The notes under the pieces are model-generated. The model saw only the letters and a list, made by a program, of their open reading frames with translations, searched no databases and was not told the DNA's origin. Shown in pieces: positions 41,161 through 52,036 of a stretch of DNA of 64,000 nt (positions are counted from its first letter, which is position 1; each line of letters opens with the position of its first letter). The stretch is taken from the NCBI GenBank assembly GCA_041663665.1, contig JBAYMG010000004.1, positions 8,559-72,558 on the forward strand, written 5' to 3'. The stretch is from Candidatus Omnitrophota bacterium. GTDB taxonomy: Bacteria; Omnitrophota; Gorgyraeia; Gygaellales; Profunditerraquicolaceae. Made by a program: the position numbers and the translations under genes.

Positions 41161-42957
41161 GTGAGGATGAAGGATTATTTAAAGCTATTAAAATTTGTTT
41201 TGCCCTATAAATGGTCTTTTTTTATTGCCATAATTTGCATGGGATTCTCTGCGGTTTTTGACGGGGTGTCTTTGGCGATGATGGTTCCTTTGGCGGATAA
41301 GGTGCTGACTAACAAAAAAATCATTATTCCTACCAAATTACCTGATTTTTTAGCCAATTTTGTGGATAAAATAAACAATATCCCTCCGGAAGTCCTGCTT
41401 AAAAATATGGCTATTGTTGTTTTACTGCTTTTTCTGTTAAAAGGAATTTTTGGGTTTTACCAGAGTTATATCATGTCGGATATCGGGCAGCGCGTGATTA
41501 GAGACATAAAAAGTAAGCTTTACTCTAAAATTCAGTCATTATCTCTTAGTTATTTTACGCATAAGCGAGGCGGCGAACTGATGTCGCGCATTACTAATGA
41601 CGTTAAACTTGTCGAGAATGCCGTATCTTATGGGTCAACGGACATAATTTATCAGGGTTTGCAGGTAGTTATTTTTGCGGTAGTCATTTTCTTCATTTAT
41701 TTTAATATGGCATTAATTGCGGTTATTGCCCTTTTTCCCATGAGTTTTCTAATTATTAAGGTTGGCAAGGTCTTAAGAAAGCTCTCCAAGCGTTCTCAGG
41801 AGAATGTCGCGGATACAAACTCCTTGCTTTATGAGACGATTATGGGGGCCAGGGTTGTTAAGGCCTTTAATATGGAAGAATATGAAGTTAATAAATTCAA
41901 TAAAGTTAATATGGTTTATTATAAGCTTTCGATGAAGTCAATTAAGCGTACGCTTTTACTTAATCCTTCTACGGAATTTTTAGGGGTGGTTATCGGTGTT
42001 TTGGTTTTTCTCTGGGGTGGCCGTGAAGTTATTGCCGGAAGATTGTCCTTTGGTGTTTTTGGCCTTTTTCTCGGGTCGTTGTTATCCTTAATTCGGCCGT
42101 TTAAAAAATTAAGCCAGGTTAATGCTCTTAATCAACAGGGTATGGCAGCTAGCGAGCGTATACATGAGGTGTTAGAGACAGAGGTCAGTGTAAAGGAAGC
42201 AGTATCGGCAAGGGTTTTAGAAAATTTTAGAAAGAGTGTTCAGTTCCGTAATGTTTGTTTTAGTTATGATAATACGGAAATTTTAAAAAGAATTAATTTA
42301 GATATTGAATATGGGCAAATGTTGGCAATTGTTGGGCCCAGCGGCTCAGGTAAAAGTACTTTAGTGGATTTAATTCCGCGTTTTTATGATCCTCAAGATG
42401 GTGCAGTATTCATTGACGGGGTAGATTTGCGGGAATTTACTTTGAAATCATTAAGAGATCAGGTTGGCATAGTTAATCAGGAAACTATGCTTTTTAATGA
42501 TACAATTCGTGCTAATATTGCTTATGGTAAACCTGGCGCTTCTTTAAAAGAAATAGAAGAAGCGGCTAAATCAGCTCATGCGTACGATTTTATAATTAAA
42601 TGCCCGCAAGGTTTTGATACGGTTATCGGTGACCGGGGGGTTAAGATCTCCGGCGGAGAGCGCCAGCGGATTGCTATTGCGCGCGCTTTGCTTAAAAATG
42701 CTCCAATATTAATATTGGATGAAGCAACTTCGCAGCTGGATTCTGAAAGCGAGCGTATTGTTCAAGCTGCTTTGGACCGTTTAGTTTATGGTCGTACGGT
42801 TTTTATGATCGCCCACCGGCTTTCGACAGTAAGAAATGCCGATAAAATCGTAGTTGTCGATAAGGGGATGATTATTGAGCAGGGTACGCATCTTCAGCTT
42901 TTGGAAAACAATGGTTTATATAAACGGCTGTATGAGGCTCAAGAGCTACAAAAATAG
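41161..42957 (+). CDS. msbA: ABC transporter permease/ATPase, MsbA-like lipid exporter
   Basis: 6-TM domain + NBD with Walker A 'GPSGSGKST', signature 'LSGGERQRIAIARAL'; adjacent to lpxB. Confidence 0.8.
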   Translation: MRMKDYLKLLKFVLPYKWSFFIAIICMGFSAVFDGVSLAMMVPLADKVLTNKKIIIPTKLPDFLANFVDKINNIPPEVLLKNMAIVVLLLFLLKGIFGFYQSYIMSDIGQRVIRDIKSKLYSKIQSLSLSYFTHKRGGELMSRITNDVKLVENAVSYGSTDIIYQGLQVVIFAVVIFFIYFNMALIAVIALFPMSFLIIKVGKVLRKLSKRSQENVADTNSLLYETIMGARVVKAFNMEEYEVNKFNKVNMVYYKLSMKSIKRTLLLNPSTEFLGVVIGVLVFLWGGREVIAGRLSFGVFGLFLGSLLSLIRPFKKLSQVNALNQQGMAASERIHEVLETEVSVKEAVSARVLENFRKSVQFRNVCFSYDNTEILKRINLDIEYGQMLAIVGPSGSGKSTLVDLIPRFYDPQDGAVFIDGVDLREFTLKSLRDQVGIVNQETMLFNDTIRANIAYGKPGASLKEIEEAAKSAHAYDFIIKCPQGFDTVIGDRGVKISGGERQRIAIARALLKNAPILILDEATSQLDSESERIVQAALDRLVYGRTVFMIAHRLSTVRNADKIVVVDKGMIIEQGTHLQLLENNGLYKRLYEAQELQK

Positions 42958-42985
42958 TTGCAAATAAGTAAAATTTTGCTATAAT
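42958..42985 (+). promoter_or_regulatory. Sigma70-like promoter upstream of rpsB
   Basis: TTGCAA (42958-42963), 16-nt spacer, TATAAT (42980-42985). Confidence 0.45.
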
Positions 42986-43078
42986 TACACAATTAACTTT
43001 CTGGTGCCCTTTAGGGGTATTAGAAAAACATATTAACCAACAAAAAATATAAAAGCAGGAAGAAGGGGGAGTAAGACC

Positions 43079-43972
43079 GTGCCATCAGACTTAATCAAAC
43101 AACTTTTAGAAGCAGGTGTACATTTTGGGCATCAGACTAAGCGCTGGAATCCTAAAATGAAGAAATTTATTTTCGGGTCAAGAAGCGGTATTTATATCAT
43201 TGACCTTGAAAAGACCGAGGAGTGTATTAATACTGCCCGGGATTTTTTAATGGATATAACTTCCAAAGGTGAATTTGTTCTTTTTGTGGGCACGAAAAAG
43301 CAGGCCCAGGATGTGATGAAGAACGAAGCTATCCGCAGTGGGATGTATTATGTTACCGATCGTTGGCCGGGCGGAATGCTTACTAACTTTGCTACAATTA
43401 AGAAAAGTATTAACCGTTTAAAAGATATTGAAAAGATGCGTACTGACGGTACGTTTGAGAAATTAACTAAAAAAGAAGTTGCCCGGCTTGAGAAAGAATT
43501 AGCTAAGTTAAATAAGAATTTCTCAGGGATTGTTCCGATGGAGCGTATGCCTAAGGCGGCATTTATTGTTGATACAAAAAAAGAGGATACTGCAGTGCGC
43601 GAGGCTAGGCGCTTGGGAATTCCGATTATCGGGTTAATTGATACTAATTCTAATCCTGATTTGGTTGATTATCCTATTCCTGGAAATGATGATGCTACTA
43701 AATCGATAAGCGCTGTGGCTACAATTATCGCCGATACTATTATTGAAGGAAGAAAGAAATTTTTATCTTATCTTTCTCAAGAAGGTGTTAAAATTGAAGA
43801 GGCTAAGCAAGATATTTCTCCCGAGGTTTTGCCGGAGGAAGAGATTAAAATTAAAGAGATCGAAGAGATTGTTGAAGATAGCCAGCCGCTTACTGATAGT
43901 GCTGCAGCTTTAAAAAGAGCACATGTTAAGCCGGTAGCCGATATAAAGCCAAAGTTAAGAAAGAAGGGGTAA
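43079..43972 (+). CDS. rpsB: 30S ribosomal protein S2 (with acidic C-terminal extension)
   Basis: '[19 protein letters not shown]'; GTG start; 297 aa vs ~240-260 typical, with an extra Glu/Lys-rich tail. Confidence 0.9.
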   Translation: MPSDLIKQLLEAGVHFGHQTKRWNPKMKKFIFGSRSGIYIIDLEKTEECINTARDFLMDITSKGEFVLFVGTKKQAQDVMKNEAIRSGMYYVTDRWPGGMLTNFATIKKSINRLKDIEKMRTDGTFEKLTKKEVARLEKELAKLNKNFSGIVPMERMPKAAFIVDTKKEDTAVREARRLGIPIIGLIDTNSNPDLVDYPIPGNDDATKSISAVATIIADTIIEGRKKFLSYLSQEGVKIEEAKQDISPEVLPEEEIKIKEIEEIVEDSQPLTDSAAALKRAHVKPVADIKPKLRKKG

Positions 43973-43978
43973 CTTTAG

Positions 43979-44503
43979 ATGAAAAGTTCAGTTGAGGCAA
44001 TTAAAGAATTGAGAGATTTGACCTGTTCGAGTGTTGCACATTGTAAAAAGGCGCTAGATGAGGCTAAGGGGGATATAAAGCAGGCAATAATTTTGTTACG
44101 TAAACAGGGTTTAGAGATTGCGGTTAAAAAACAGAGCCGGGCAGCTAAAGAAGGCAGAGTTGAATGCTATATACATCATGGTAACAAAATCGGAGTTTTG
44201 CTGGAAGTTGATTGTGAATCTGATTTTGTAGCCAGGAATGAAGAATTTATGAGGTTTACCAAAGATTTAGCTATGCAGATTGCCGCAAGCAATCCGGAGT
44301 ATATTAAAAAAGAAGATGTTCCTGAAGAAGTTCTAAAGCATGAAAAAAACAAAGAAGATTTCTATAAGAATAATTGTTTACTAGAGCAGGTTTTTGTGAA
44401 AGAACCGAGTTTGACAATCAAAGATTATTTAGGCAGCATCGTAGCCAAAATCGGCGAAAATATAGTTATCCGTAGATTTGCCCGCTATAAGATCGGCGAA
44501 TAA
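43979..44503 (+). CDS. tsf: Elongation factor Ts (short form)
   Basis: N-terminal UBA-like 'IKELRDLTCSSVAHCKKALDEAKGDIKQAIILLRKQG'; 174 aa. Confidence 0.8.
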   Translation: MKSSVEAIKELRDLTCSSVAHCKKALDEAKGDIKQAIILLRKQGLEIAVKKQSRAAKEGRVECYIHHGNKIGVLLEVDCESDFVARNEEFMRFTKDLAMQIAASNPEYIKKEDVPEEVLKHEKNKEDFYKNNCLLEQVFVKEPSLTIKDYLGSIVAKIGENIVIRRFARYKIGE

Positions 44504-45226
44504 ATGACTAAACCGGTTTACAAACGGATTGTTTTAAAAATTAGCGGAGAAGCGCTTGCGGGAAAGAATGCTCATGGTATTGACCCTGAGGTTCTTATCG
44601 GCATATCCTGTCAGATTAAAGAAATTAGAGATTTATCGGTAGATGTTGCGGTTGTTTTAGGCGCAGGGAATATTTTACGCGGACAGGAGAATACTGCTTG
44701 CCGGGGCCTGAATATGGACCGTAGTGTTGCTGATTATATGGGTATGTTGGCGACGGTAATTAATGGCCTTTCTCTGCAGGATGCGTTGGAGAAAACCGGT
44801 GTGCCGACCAGGGTTTTAACTGCTATCGAAATGCAAAGAATAGCTGAGCCGTATATTAGAAGAAGGGCTATACGGCATTTAGAAAAAGGCCGGGTGGTAA
44901 TTTTTGTTGCCGGTACAGGAAACCCTTATTTTACTACGGATACGGCTGCAGCTTTGCGGGCTATGGAAATTGGCGCTGATGCTATTTTAAAAGCCACTAA
45001 AGTTGATGGTGTTTATTCTGCTGATCCGATGAAAGTAAAAAATGCTAAAAAGTTCAGCCAATTAAAATATATTGATGTCTTAAAAAAGGGCTTAAAAGTT
45101 ATGGATGCAACAGCGGTTAGTTTATGTATGGATAATAAATTACCGATTGTTATTTTTAATCTTAACCGCCCGGGTAATATTAAGCGTGTAGTTTTGGGTG
45201 AGAAGATTGGTACAGTAGTCTGCTAA
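44504..45226 (+). CDS. pyrH: UMP kinase
   Basis: '[11 protein letters not shown]', 240 aa, conserved rpsB-tsf-pyrH-frr order. Confidence 0.9.
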   Translation: MTKPVYKRIVLKISGEALAGKNAHGIDPEVLIGISCQIKEIRDLSVDVAVVLGAGNILRGQENTACRGLNMDRSVADYMGMLATVINGLSLQDALEKTGVPTRVLTAIEMQRIAEPYIRRRAIRHLEKGRVVIFVAGTGNPYFTTDTAAALRAMEIGADAILKATKVDGVYSADPMKVKNAKKFSQLKYIDVLKKGLKVMDATAVSLCMDNKLPIVIFNLNRPGNIKRVVLGEKIGTVVC

Positions 45227-45239
45227 TTGGAGGAAAAAC

Positions 45240-45800
45240 ATGTCAGTTAAAGAAACATTGCTTAATACCGAAGAAAAGATGAAAAAAGCTTTTGAGTCGA
45301 TGAGCCGCCAGTTTCACGAGGTTAGAACCGGCAGGGCATCTCCGAGTTTAGTCGAAGGCTTGCATATTGATTATTATGGGACTCCAACAATGTTAAAGCA
45401 GTTGGCGGCCATATCTGCTCCGGATGCTCATTTGATTGTTATTCAGCCTTGGGATGTTACTGCGATTGTTGAGATTGAGAAGGCGATTTTAAAATCTAAC
45501 ATCGGAGTCAGTCCTTCCAATGATGGTAAAGTTATTAGAATTTCTGTCCCGCAGTTATCTAAAGAAAGGCGCCAGGAATTGGCTAAATTAGTCCATAAAA
45601 TGTCTGAAGACGGCCGGGTATCTCTGCGGACGATTAGGAGAGATGCTAAAGAAGCGGTTGAAAAGCTGGAAAAAGATAAAATTGTTTCTGAAGACGAGAA
45701 GTTCCGCGGTATTGATGAATTACAGAAAATAGTTGATAGATATATTGCTAAGATCGATGAACTCTTGAAAAATAAAGAAAAAGAAATCTTAGAATTTTAA
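45240..45800 (+). CDS. frr: Ribosome recycling factor
   Basis: 186 aa, 'VRTGRASPSLVEGL...' typical RRF. Confidence 0.9.
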   Translation: MSVKETLLNTEEKMKKAFESMSRQFHEVRTGRASPSLVEGLHIDYYGTPTMLKQLAAISAPDAHLIVIQPWDVTAIVEIEKAILKSNIGVSPSNDGKVIRISVPQLSKERRQELAKLVHKMSEDGRVSLRTIRRDAKEAVEKLEKDKIVSEDEKFRGIDELQKIVDRYIAKIDELLKNKEKEILEF

Positions 45801-45879
45801 AAGTTGATTCGCATATAAACTTAAATTGTAGTGAGTAAAAACTAACATACTGTTTTAAGTTTAGTGCTTAAAAAATATC

Positions 45880-45952
45880 GGGCCTCTAGCTCATCAGGTA
45901 GAGCACCACACTTTTAATGTGGTTGTGCCGCGTTCGAGTCGCGGGAGGCTCA
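45880..45952 (+). tRNA. tRNA-Lys (anticodon TTT)
   Basis: 73-nt cloverleaf: acceptor GGGCCTC/GAGGCTC, D-arm TAGCTCATCAGGTAGAGC, anticodon loop CTTTTAA, T-arm GCGTTCGAGTCGC; no encoded CCA. Confidence 0.85.
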
Positions 45953-45983
45953 GTAAAATTTATCAGGAAAATGCCTGTTCTAA

Positions 45984-46065
45984 GGGCGGATGGCGAAATT
46001 GGCAGACGCGATAGCCTTAGGAGCTATTGGGGCAACCCTTGGAGGTTCAAATCCTCTTCCGCCCA
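45984..46065 (+). tRNA. tRNA-Leu (anticodon TAG)
   Basis: 82 nt with long variable arm; acceptor GGGCGGA/TCCGCCC, D-arm TGGCGAAATTGGCAGACGC, anticodon loop CTTAGGA, T-loop GGTTCAAATCC. Confidence 0.8.
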
Positions 46066-46098
46066 AGAAAATAAGGCGAAAAATTTATTGCTTTACTT

Positions 46099-46172
<74 letters not shown>

Positions 46173-46215
46173 TTAAATTTAGTTTGATAAATTTATCATT
46201 TGAAAGGAGCAGCAA

Positions 46216-46686
46216 ATGCAAATAATGGATTTTCTTTCTAAAAAAGCAATTCTCACCGATATAAAATCCACAAGAAAAGAAGATGTAATTAAGGAAATGG
46301 TTGACCTTTTGATTGAGTCTGGAGATGTCGAAAAGCGCAATCGTAATAAGCTGATTGATGCGCTGATGTCCAGAGAAGCTTTAGGTTCTACCGCTATCGG
46401 CCAAGGCATAGCTATACCGCATGCAAAGTGTGATTGTGTGGATAAATTAGTTGGTTCTTTCGGCCTCTCTAAAAAAGGTGTTGATTTTGATTCTCTGGAT
46501 GGAGAGTTAGCTTATATTTTCTTTTTACTTATTGCCCCGCAAGATTCCGCTGGACCTCATCTTAAGGCGTTAGCCAGAATTTCACGCCTCTTAAAAGATA
46601 AATATTTTCGCGATACCCTGCGTACTTGCACTGACGATAAATCTGTCATTAAGATTATCACGCAGGAAGACGAAAAAAAGATTTAA
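46216..46686 (+). CDS. ptsN: PTS EIIA (fructose/nitrogen-regulatory EIIA-Ntr type)
   Basis: 156 aa, phosphorylation-site region 'GQGIAIPHAKCD'. Confidence 0.7.
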   Translation: MQIMDFLSKKAILTDIKSTRKEDVIKEMVDLLIESGDVEKRNRNKLIDALMSREALGSTAIGQGIAIPHAKCDCVDKLVGSFGLSKKGVDFDSLDGELAYIFFLLIAPQDSAGPHLKALARISRLLKDKYFRDTLRTCTDDKSVIKIITQEDEKKI

Positions 46687-46718
46687 TCTTTTAATTATAA
46701 AAAGTTTCACTTTATAAA

Positions 46719-47957
46719 ATGAAGGCGACCTCTACTGGCATTTTAAAATGGTTTTATCCTGGGATAGGCCTTAAGCGCTGGGTGGCCTTAAGCGCTTTTG
46801 GGGTTGTTCTTTTAATTTTAGGAACGGCTAACCTGCGCAGCGAAGAATTCTGGCTGGTTCAATTTTTAGATGCTTTAGTTGTAATTTCAGGGATTATCCT
46901 TTTAATTTTAGGCATTAAGCGTTTAATGCGCTCTTTTATTGCCGCGTTTGTTCCGTCTTCAAAGGAGCATGAATTAATTGATATTTTATATCAAAAAAAG
47001 CAATTAAGCCGCGGGCCGCGTATTGTTACTGTCGGCGGGGGGACAGGTTTATCTGTTCTTTTAAGCGGGTTAAAAAATTATACTTCAAATATCTCGGCTA
47101 TAGTTACGGTGGCTGATAATGGAGGTTCAAGCGGCAGGCTTAGGCAGCAATTTGATGTTTTACCTCCCGGAGATATACGCAACTGTTTAGTGGCCCTTGC
47201 TGATGCCCCGACGTTAATGCGTGATCTTTTTCAATTTAGGTTTGATAATAATTCAGAGTTTGCCGGCCATTCTTTTGGCAATCTTTTTCTTATGGTTATG
47301 TCCCGTTTGACTGGTGATTTTGAGAAGGCAATTAAAGAAACCAGCAAGGTTTTAGCTTTGCGCGGGCAGGTTATTCCTTCGACCCTAGGAGATGTAACAT
47401 TGGTGGCCCATTTTTCTGATGGCTCAACAGTTAGAGGCGAAGAGCAGATTCCTAGAGCAAGAAAAATAATCAACCGGGTTAACCTTGATCCGGCATCAGC
47501 TGCAACTCCGGATGCGTTGAAAGCAATTAAAGAAGCGCAGATTATTGTTTTAGGTCCTGGTTCTTTGTATACGAGTATAATTCCTAATCTTTTGGTTAAT
47601 GATATAGCCGCCGTTATTGCTGAATCTGAGGCAATAAAAGTTTATGTCTGTAATGTTATGACTCAGCCCGGGGAAACCGATAGTTATAGTGTTTCCGATC
47701 ATGTTAAGGCTTTGGTAAAACATGGACATACACGTATTTTGGATTATTGCGTAGTTAATAATGGAGAGGTCCCCAATGATGTCTTGGGACGTTATTCTAA
47801 AGATAAATCGCTACTTGTAATTAATGATCGTAAGAAAGTCGAAGGGCTCGGTTATCGGGTAGTTGAGGAAGATTTTAGCATGATTACCGATGGGGTAATC
47901 CGGCATGATCCGGAAAAATTAGCCAAAATTATTTTGAGTTTTATCGAAGAGATTTAG
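46719..47957 (+). CDS. YvcK/CofD-like (UPF0052, gluconeogenesis factor family) protein with N-terminal TM segments
   Basis: 'IVTVGGGTGLSVLLSGLKNYTSNISAIVTVADNGGSSGRLR' hallmark of YvcK/CofD family. Confidence 0.75.
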   Translation: MKATSTGILKWFYPGIGLKRWVALSAFGVVLLILGTANLRSEEFWLVQFLDALVVISGIILLILGIKRLMRSFIAAFVPSSKEHELIDILYQKKQLSRGPRIVTVGGGTGLSVLLSGLKNYTSNISAIVTVADNGGSSGRLRQQFDVLPPGDIRNCLVALADAPTLMRDLFQFRFDNNSEFAGHSFGNLFLMVMSRLTGDFEKAIKETSKVLALRGQVIPSTLGDVTLVAHFSDGSTVRGEEQIPRARKIINRVNLDPASAATPDALKAIKEAQIIVLGPGSLYTSIIPNLLVNDIAAVIAESEAIKVYVCNVMTQPGETDSYSVSDHVKALVKHGHTRILDYCVVNNGEVPNDVLGRYSKDKSLLVINDRKKVEGLGYRVVEEDFSMITDGVIRHDPEKLAKIILSFIEEI

Positions 47958-48038
47958 ATTCCCGCAAAAACATCGGGGATTAATTCGGCCAAACAACTTA
48001 GCTTTGCTTGAACTTGCTAGGCGGTGGCCTCATTAAGT

Positions 48039-48308
48039 ATGAGTGTAATAAAAAAAGAACTAATCGTAAAAAATAAACAGGGATTGCATGCCCGGCCTGC
48101 GGCTATATTTGTGCAGGTGGCTAATAAATTCGACAGCCGTATTACGGTGAGGCGTGATGCTGAAGAAGTAAATGGAAAGTCGATTATGGGTATTCTTATG
48201 CTTGGTGCAGAAAAAGGCAGCTTGATCATTATTGAAGCGGACGGCCAAGATGCTTCGGAAGCATTGGCGGAGTTAGAAAAAATAATTAGTAGTGAGGACG
48301 ATTTATGA
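48039..48308 (+). CDS. ptsH: Phosphocarrier protein HPr
   Basis: 'KNKQGLHARPAAIFV' (His15) and 'GKSIMG' (Ser46); start taken at internal Met giving 89 aa. Confidence 0.8.
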   Translation: MSVIKKELIVKNKQGLHARPAAIFVQVANKFDSRITVRRDAEEVNGKSIMGILMLGAEKGSLIIIEADGQDASEALAELEKIISSEDDL

Positions 48309-50035
48309 TTCAGTTAAAAGGAATTGCTGCTGCCGGTGGTATAAGTATCGGCCCGGCTTATAAGATAGGAAGCGAGGAGTTTGTTGTCTTGCGCCAGGCT
48401 ATTGTTTGGGAAGATATTCCTTTGCAAATTCAGCTTTTCGAAGAAGCGTTAATTAAAACCCGCCGCGAAATTGTTGAGCTGCAAAAAAGAATTAGTTTGG
48501 ATATGGGCCAAGAAGAAGCTCAGATTTTTGACGCTCACCTTTTAGTTTTAGAAGACCGTATGCTTATTGAGGAGGTTATTTCCCGCCTTAAAAAAGAGCA
48601 GCTTAATGTTGCGTATATATTTTCAGAAGTTTTAAAGAAATATATCAGTGTTTTTTCTAAAATTGAAGATGAATATCTTAAAGAGCGCTCGGCTGATATT
48701 AATGATGTCGGCAAGCGTATCCTGCGTAATCTTCTTGGCCGGGAAAAAAAGAGTTTGGGGGATATTAAAGAAAAGGCTATTATTGTTGCCCATGATTTAT
48801 CTCCTTCAGACACTGCGGCAATGCATACTAAGAATGTCGCAGCCTTTATTACCGATATTGGAGGCAAGACTTCGCACACTGCAATTATGGCTAAGTCTCT
48901 TGAGATTCCTGCGGTTGTCGGCTTAGAGGCGATCACGAGTAAAGTGAATTCTGGAGATATTCTTATTGTCGATGGTAATGTGGGGATAGTAATTATTAAC
49001 CCCGATGAAGAAACGCTTAAGGACTATCGGCAAAGATTTGAAACATTAAAAGGTATCGCCGAAAAATTCCTGTCGGTTAAAGATTTAATTGCCGTTACTA
49101 CTGACGGCAGGCAGGTAATGATCAATGCGAATATTGAATTTCCTGATGAAGTTTCAAGTGTTAAATTACATGGTAGCCAGGGAATTGGCTTGTACCGTAC
49201 GGAATTTTTTTATATGAATCGTAATGATTCTCCCAGCGAGGATGAACATTATCAGGCCTATAAATATGTTGCTGAAGAGATGAATCCTCATCCAGTGGTT
49301 GTCCGCACTCTGGATATCGGAGGGGATAAATTTTTATCACAATTTAGAATCCCGCATGAGATGCAGCCATTTTTAGGCTGGAGGGCAATCAGGTTTTGTT
49401 TGGCCCGGCCGGATATATTTAAATTACAGTTACGTGCTATTTTGCGGGCTTCAGTGCATGGGAATCTTAAGCTGATGTATCCGATGATTTCTGGTATAGA
49501 GGAATTGCGCCAAGCCAATCGTTTGCTTAGCGAGGCTAAAGAGGAGCTGCGTCAAAGCGGATTAAAGTTTAATGATAAAATCGAGGTAGGGGTGATGATC
49601 GAAGTACCCTCAGCAGCTGTGACTTCGGATATCTTAGCCAGAGAAGCAGATTTTTTTAGTATCGGAACGAATGACTTAATTCAATATTCTTTGGCAGTTG
49701 ATCGGGCCAATGAAAAGGTTGCTTATCTATATGAGCCGGCACATCCAGCGGTTTTGAGGTTAGTTAGGGGCGTTATTGATGCGGCACATCAAGCTAAAAT
49801 TAGAGTAGCTATGTGTGGAGAAATGGCCGGAGATCCGTCTTTGGCACTTATTCTTTTGGGGCTGGGCCTGGATGAATTTAGTATGCCGCCGCAGATTATC
49901 CCGGAATTAAAGTATATAATTCGCTCTATAGATTTTAAATTTGCTCAAGGGATTGCTAACGAAGCGATGAATCTTACAACCGGAACAGAGGTTGAGGAGT
50001 TCGCTCAAACAAAATTAGCGGAGATTTTAAGATAA
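48305..50035 (+). CDS. ptsI: PTS enzyme I (PEP-protein phosphotransferase)
   Basis: 'GGKTSHTAIMAKSLEIPAVVG' active-site His region; 576 aa. Confidence 0.9.
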   Translation: MIQLKGIAAAGGISIGPAYKIGSEEFVVLRQAIVWEDIPLQIQLFEEALIKTRREIVELQKRISLDMGQEEAQIFDAHLLVLEDRMLIEEVISRLKKEQLNVAYIFSEVLKKYISVFSKIEDEYLKERSADINDVGKRILRNLLGREKKSLGDIKEKAIIVAHDLSPSDTAAMHTKNVAAFITDIGGKTSHTAIMAKSLEIPAVVGLEAITSKVNSGDILIVDGNVGIVIINPDEETLKDYRQRFETLKGIAEKFLSVKDLIAVTTDGRQVMINANIEFPDEVSSVKLHGSQGIGLYRTEFFYMNRNDSPSEDEHYQAYKYVAEEMNPHPVVVRTLDIGGDKFLSQFRIPHEMQPFLGWRAIRFCLARPDIFKLQLRAILRASVHGNLKLMYPMISGIEELRQANRLLSEAKEELRQSGLKFNDKIEVGVMIEVPSAAVTSDILAREADFFSIGTNDLIQYSLAVDRANEKVAYLYEPAHPAVLRLVRGVIDAAHQAKIRVAMCGEMAGDPSLALILLGLGLDEFSMPPQIIPELKYIIRSIDFKFAQGIANEAMNLTTGTEVEEFAQTKLAEILR

Positions 50036-50036
50036 G

Positions 50037-50777
50037 GTGAAAGCGTTAATTTTAGCTGCCGGATATGCGACCCGGCTTTATCCTCTAACTAAACAGTACC
50101 CTAAGCCGCTTTTAGCAGTAAAAGGCAAACCGATTATCAATTATATAATTGATAAACTAAAATCAATTTCGGTTGTTGATGAAGTTTATGTTGTAACTAA
50201 TAGCAAATTTATTTTTGATTTTCGCCGGTGGGCTAAGCCGATTAAAATAGCCCAAAAGATTACCCTGGTGGATGATCTGACTAAAAATAATCGGGATAGG
50301 CTTGGAGCTATCGGGGATATAAATTTTGTAATTAAGAAAAAAAAGATTAAAGATGATCTTTTAGTAATTGGCGGCGACAACTTATTTAGCGGTTCGCTTA
50401 AAGGATTTTTGGATTTTTCGAAGGAAGTTAAGCCTGCGGCAAGTATTGGTTTATATAAATTAGAACAAAAAAAAGATTCCAGCAGGTATGGCGTAGTAAA
50501 ATTGAACCGGCGCAAAAAAGTAATTAGTTTCCAAGAAAAGCCGAAGAAGCCGGATTCGGATATAGTGGCGATGTGCTTGTATTATATACCGCAAAATTAT
50601 TTGTATCTGGTTGAGGAATATGTGCTAAGCCAGGATAAAAAAGTTGATGCTACTGGTAGTTTTATTGCTTGGCTTAAAGAAAAAAGAGATGTTTACGGAT
50701 ATGTATTTGAGGGGAAGTGGTTTGATATCGGGGACCATAAATATTTGAATGCGGCAAAAAGTAATTTTGCGCATTAA
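50037..50777 (+). CDS. Sugar-phosphate nucleotidyltransferase
   Basis: 'KALILAAGYATRLYPLTKQYPKPLL' NTP-transferase motif; GTG start. Confidence 0.65.
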   Translation: MKALILAAGYATRLYPLTKQYPKPLLAVKGKPIINYIIDKLKSISVVDEVYVVTNSKFIFDFRRWAKPIKIAQKITLVDDLTKNNRDRLGAIGDINFVIKKKKIKDDLLVIGGDNLFSGSLKGFLDFSKEVKPAASIGLYKLEQKKDSSRYGVVKLNRRKKVISFQEKPKKPDSDIVAMCLYYIPQNYLYLVEEYVLSQDKKVDATGSFIAWLKEKRDVYGYVFEGKWFDIGDHKYLNAAKSNFAH

Positions 50778-50846
50778 CTAGTGGAGAGGCTCTTGTTTGT
50801 TTACGCTCACAAGGATTTCTCTGGATGAAAAATTAAGGAGGAAGTT

Positions 50847-52016
50847 ATGTCAGCAAATAAGTTTTTCTTTACTTCAGAATCAGTGACCGAGGGGCATCCG
50901 GATAAATTATGTGATCAGATTTCAGACGGGGTTTTAGATGCTTGTTTAGAGGTTGATCCTTATTCCCGCGTTGCTTGCGAAACTTATGTAACCATGGGGC
51001 TTTTAATTGTCGGCGGGGAGATTACTACGCGCGGCTTTGTCCATGTTCATGATATAAGCCGGAAAATAATTGAAGAGATTGGGTATAATCATCCTAAATA
51101 TGGTTTTGATTTTCATACCTGCGCCATACTTAATGCTATCCATTCTCAATCGCCGGATATCTCGCAAGGAGTTGATGTCGGGGGAGCCGGTGATCAGGGA
51201 ATCATGTTTGGTTATGCTTGCAATGAGACAAAAGAGTTGATGCCGTTGGCTTTAATGCTGGCGCAGAAGCTTGCGATGCGCTTAACGCAAGTCCGTAAAA
51301 ATAAAATTTTAAAATATCTTGGCCCGGATGGGAAAACCCAGGTAACTATTGAATATGATAATGGTAAGCCCGTACGGGTTGATTCTGTTGTTTTGGCTTC
51401 TCAGCACACTGAAGATATTCTAGATAAAAGCGGTAAGCGTATTACTGAGAAAGCGCGCCAGGAGATTATTCGTCAGGTTGCCGGGCCGATTCTTAAGGGC
51501 TGGGTGGATAAACAGACTAAGTATTATGTTAATCAGACTGGGAAATTTGTTGTTGGCGGTCCGCAGTCGGATACCGGCATGACCGGAAGAAAAATAATTG
51601 TCGATACTTACGGCGGGGCAGTTGCACATGGCGGAGGAGCATTCTCGGGCAAAGATCCGACTAAGGTTGACCGTTCAGCTGCGTATATGTGCCGTTATGT
51701 TGCTAAAAATATAGTTGCAGCCGGTTTGGCCGAAAAATGCCTTATCCAGCTTTCCTATGTCATTGGTCATGCTGAGCCTTTATCGGTTATGGTTAAGACC
51801 GAAGGTACGTCGGTTATTTCAGAAGAAGCGCTGGTGAAATTAGTCAGGCAGAATTTCCAGCTTAATCCTAAGGGAATTATCGAATCATTAAAGCTGCGCC
51901 GGCCAATATACAGGAAGACTGCCAGTTACGGCCATTTTGGTAGAACCGAGCCGGAGTTTCTCTGGGAAAAAACGGATAAGGCGGAAATATTAAAAAAGCA
52001 AGCTAGCCGTTTATAA
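50847..52016 (+). CDS. metK: S-adenosylmethionine synthetase
   Basis: '[20 protein letters not shown]' and conserved MAT sequence. Confidence 0.95.
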   Translation: MSANKFFFTSESVTEGHPDKLCDQISDGVLDACLEVDPYSRVACETYVTMGLLIVGGEITTRGFVHVHDISRKIIEEIGYNHPKYGFDFHTCAILNAIHSQSPDISQGVDVGGAGDQGIMFGYACNETKELMPLALMLAQKLAMRLTQVRKNKILKYLGPDGKTQVTIEYDNGKPVRVDSVVLASQHTEDILDKSGKRITEKARQEIIRQVAGPILKGWVDKQTKYYVNQTGKFVVGGPQSDTGMTGRKIIVDTYGGAVAHGGGAFSGKDPTKVDRSAAYMCRYVAKNIVAAGLAEKCLIQLSYVIGHAEPLSVMVKTEGTSVISEEALVKLVRQNFQLNPKGIIESLKLRRPIYRKTASYGHFGRTEPEFLWEKTDKAEILKKQASRL

Positions 52017-52036
52017 ATAACTTAGGAAAGGGAAAG

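Noticed and set aside
48535-48936. 133-aa minus-strand ORF and 48648-48926 plus-strand ORF
   Set aside because: Both lie inside ptsI, whose frame is conserved end-to-end; no independent signals.
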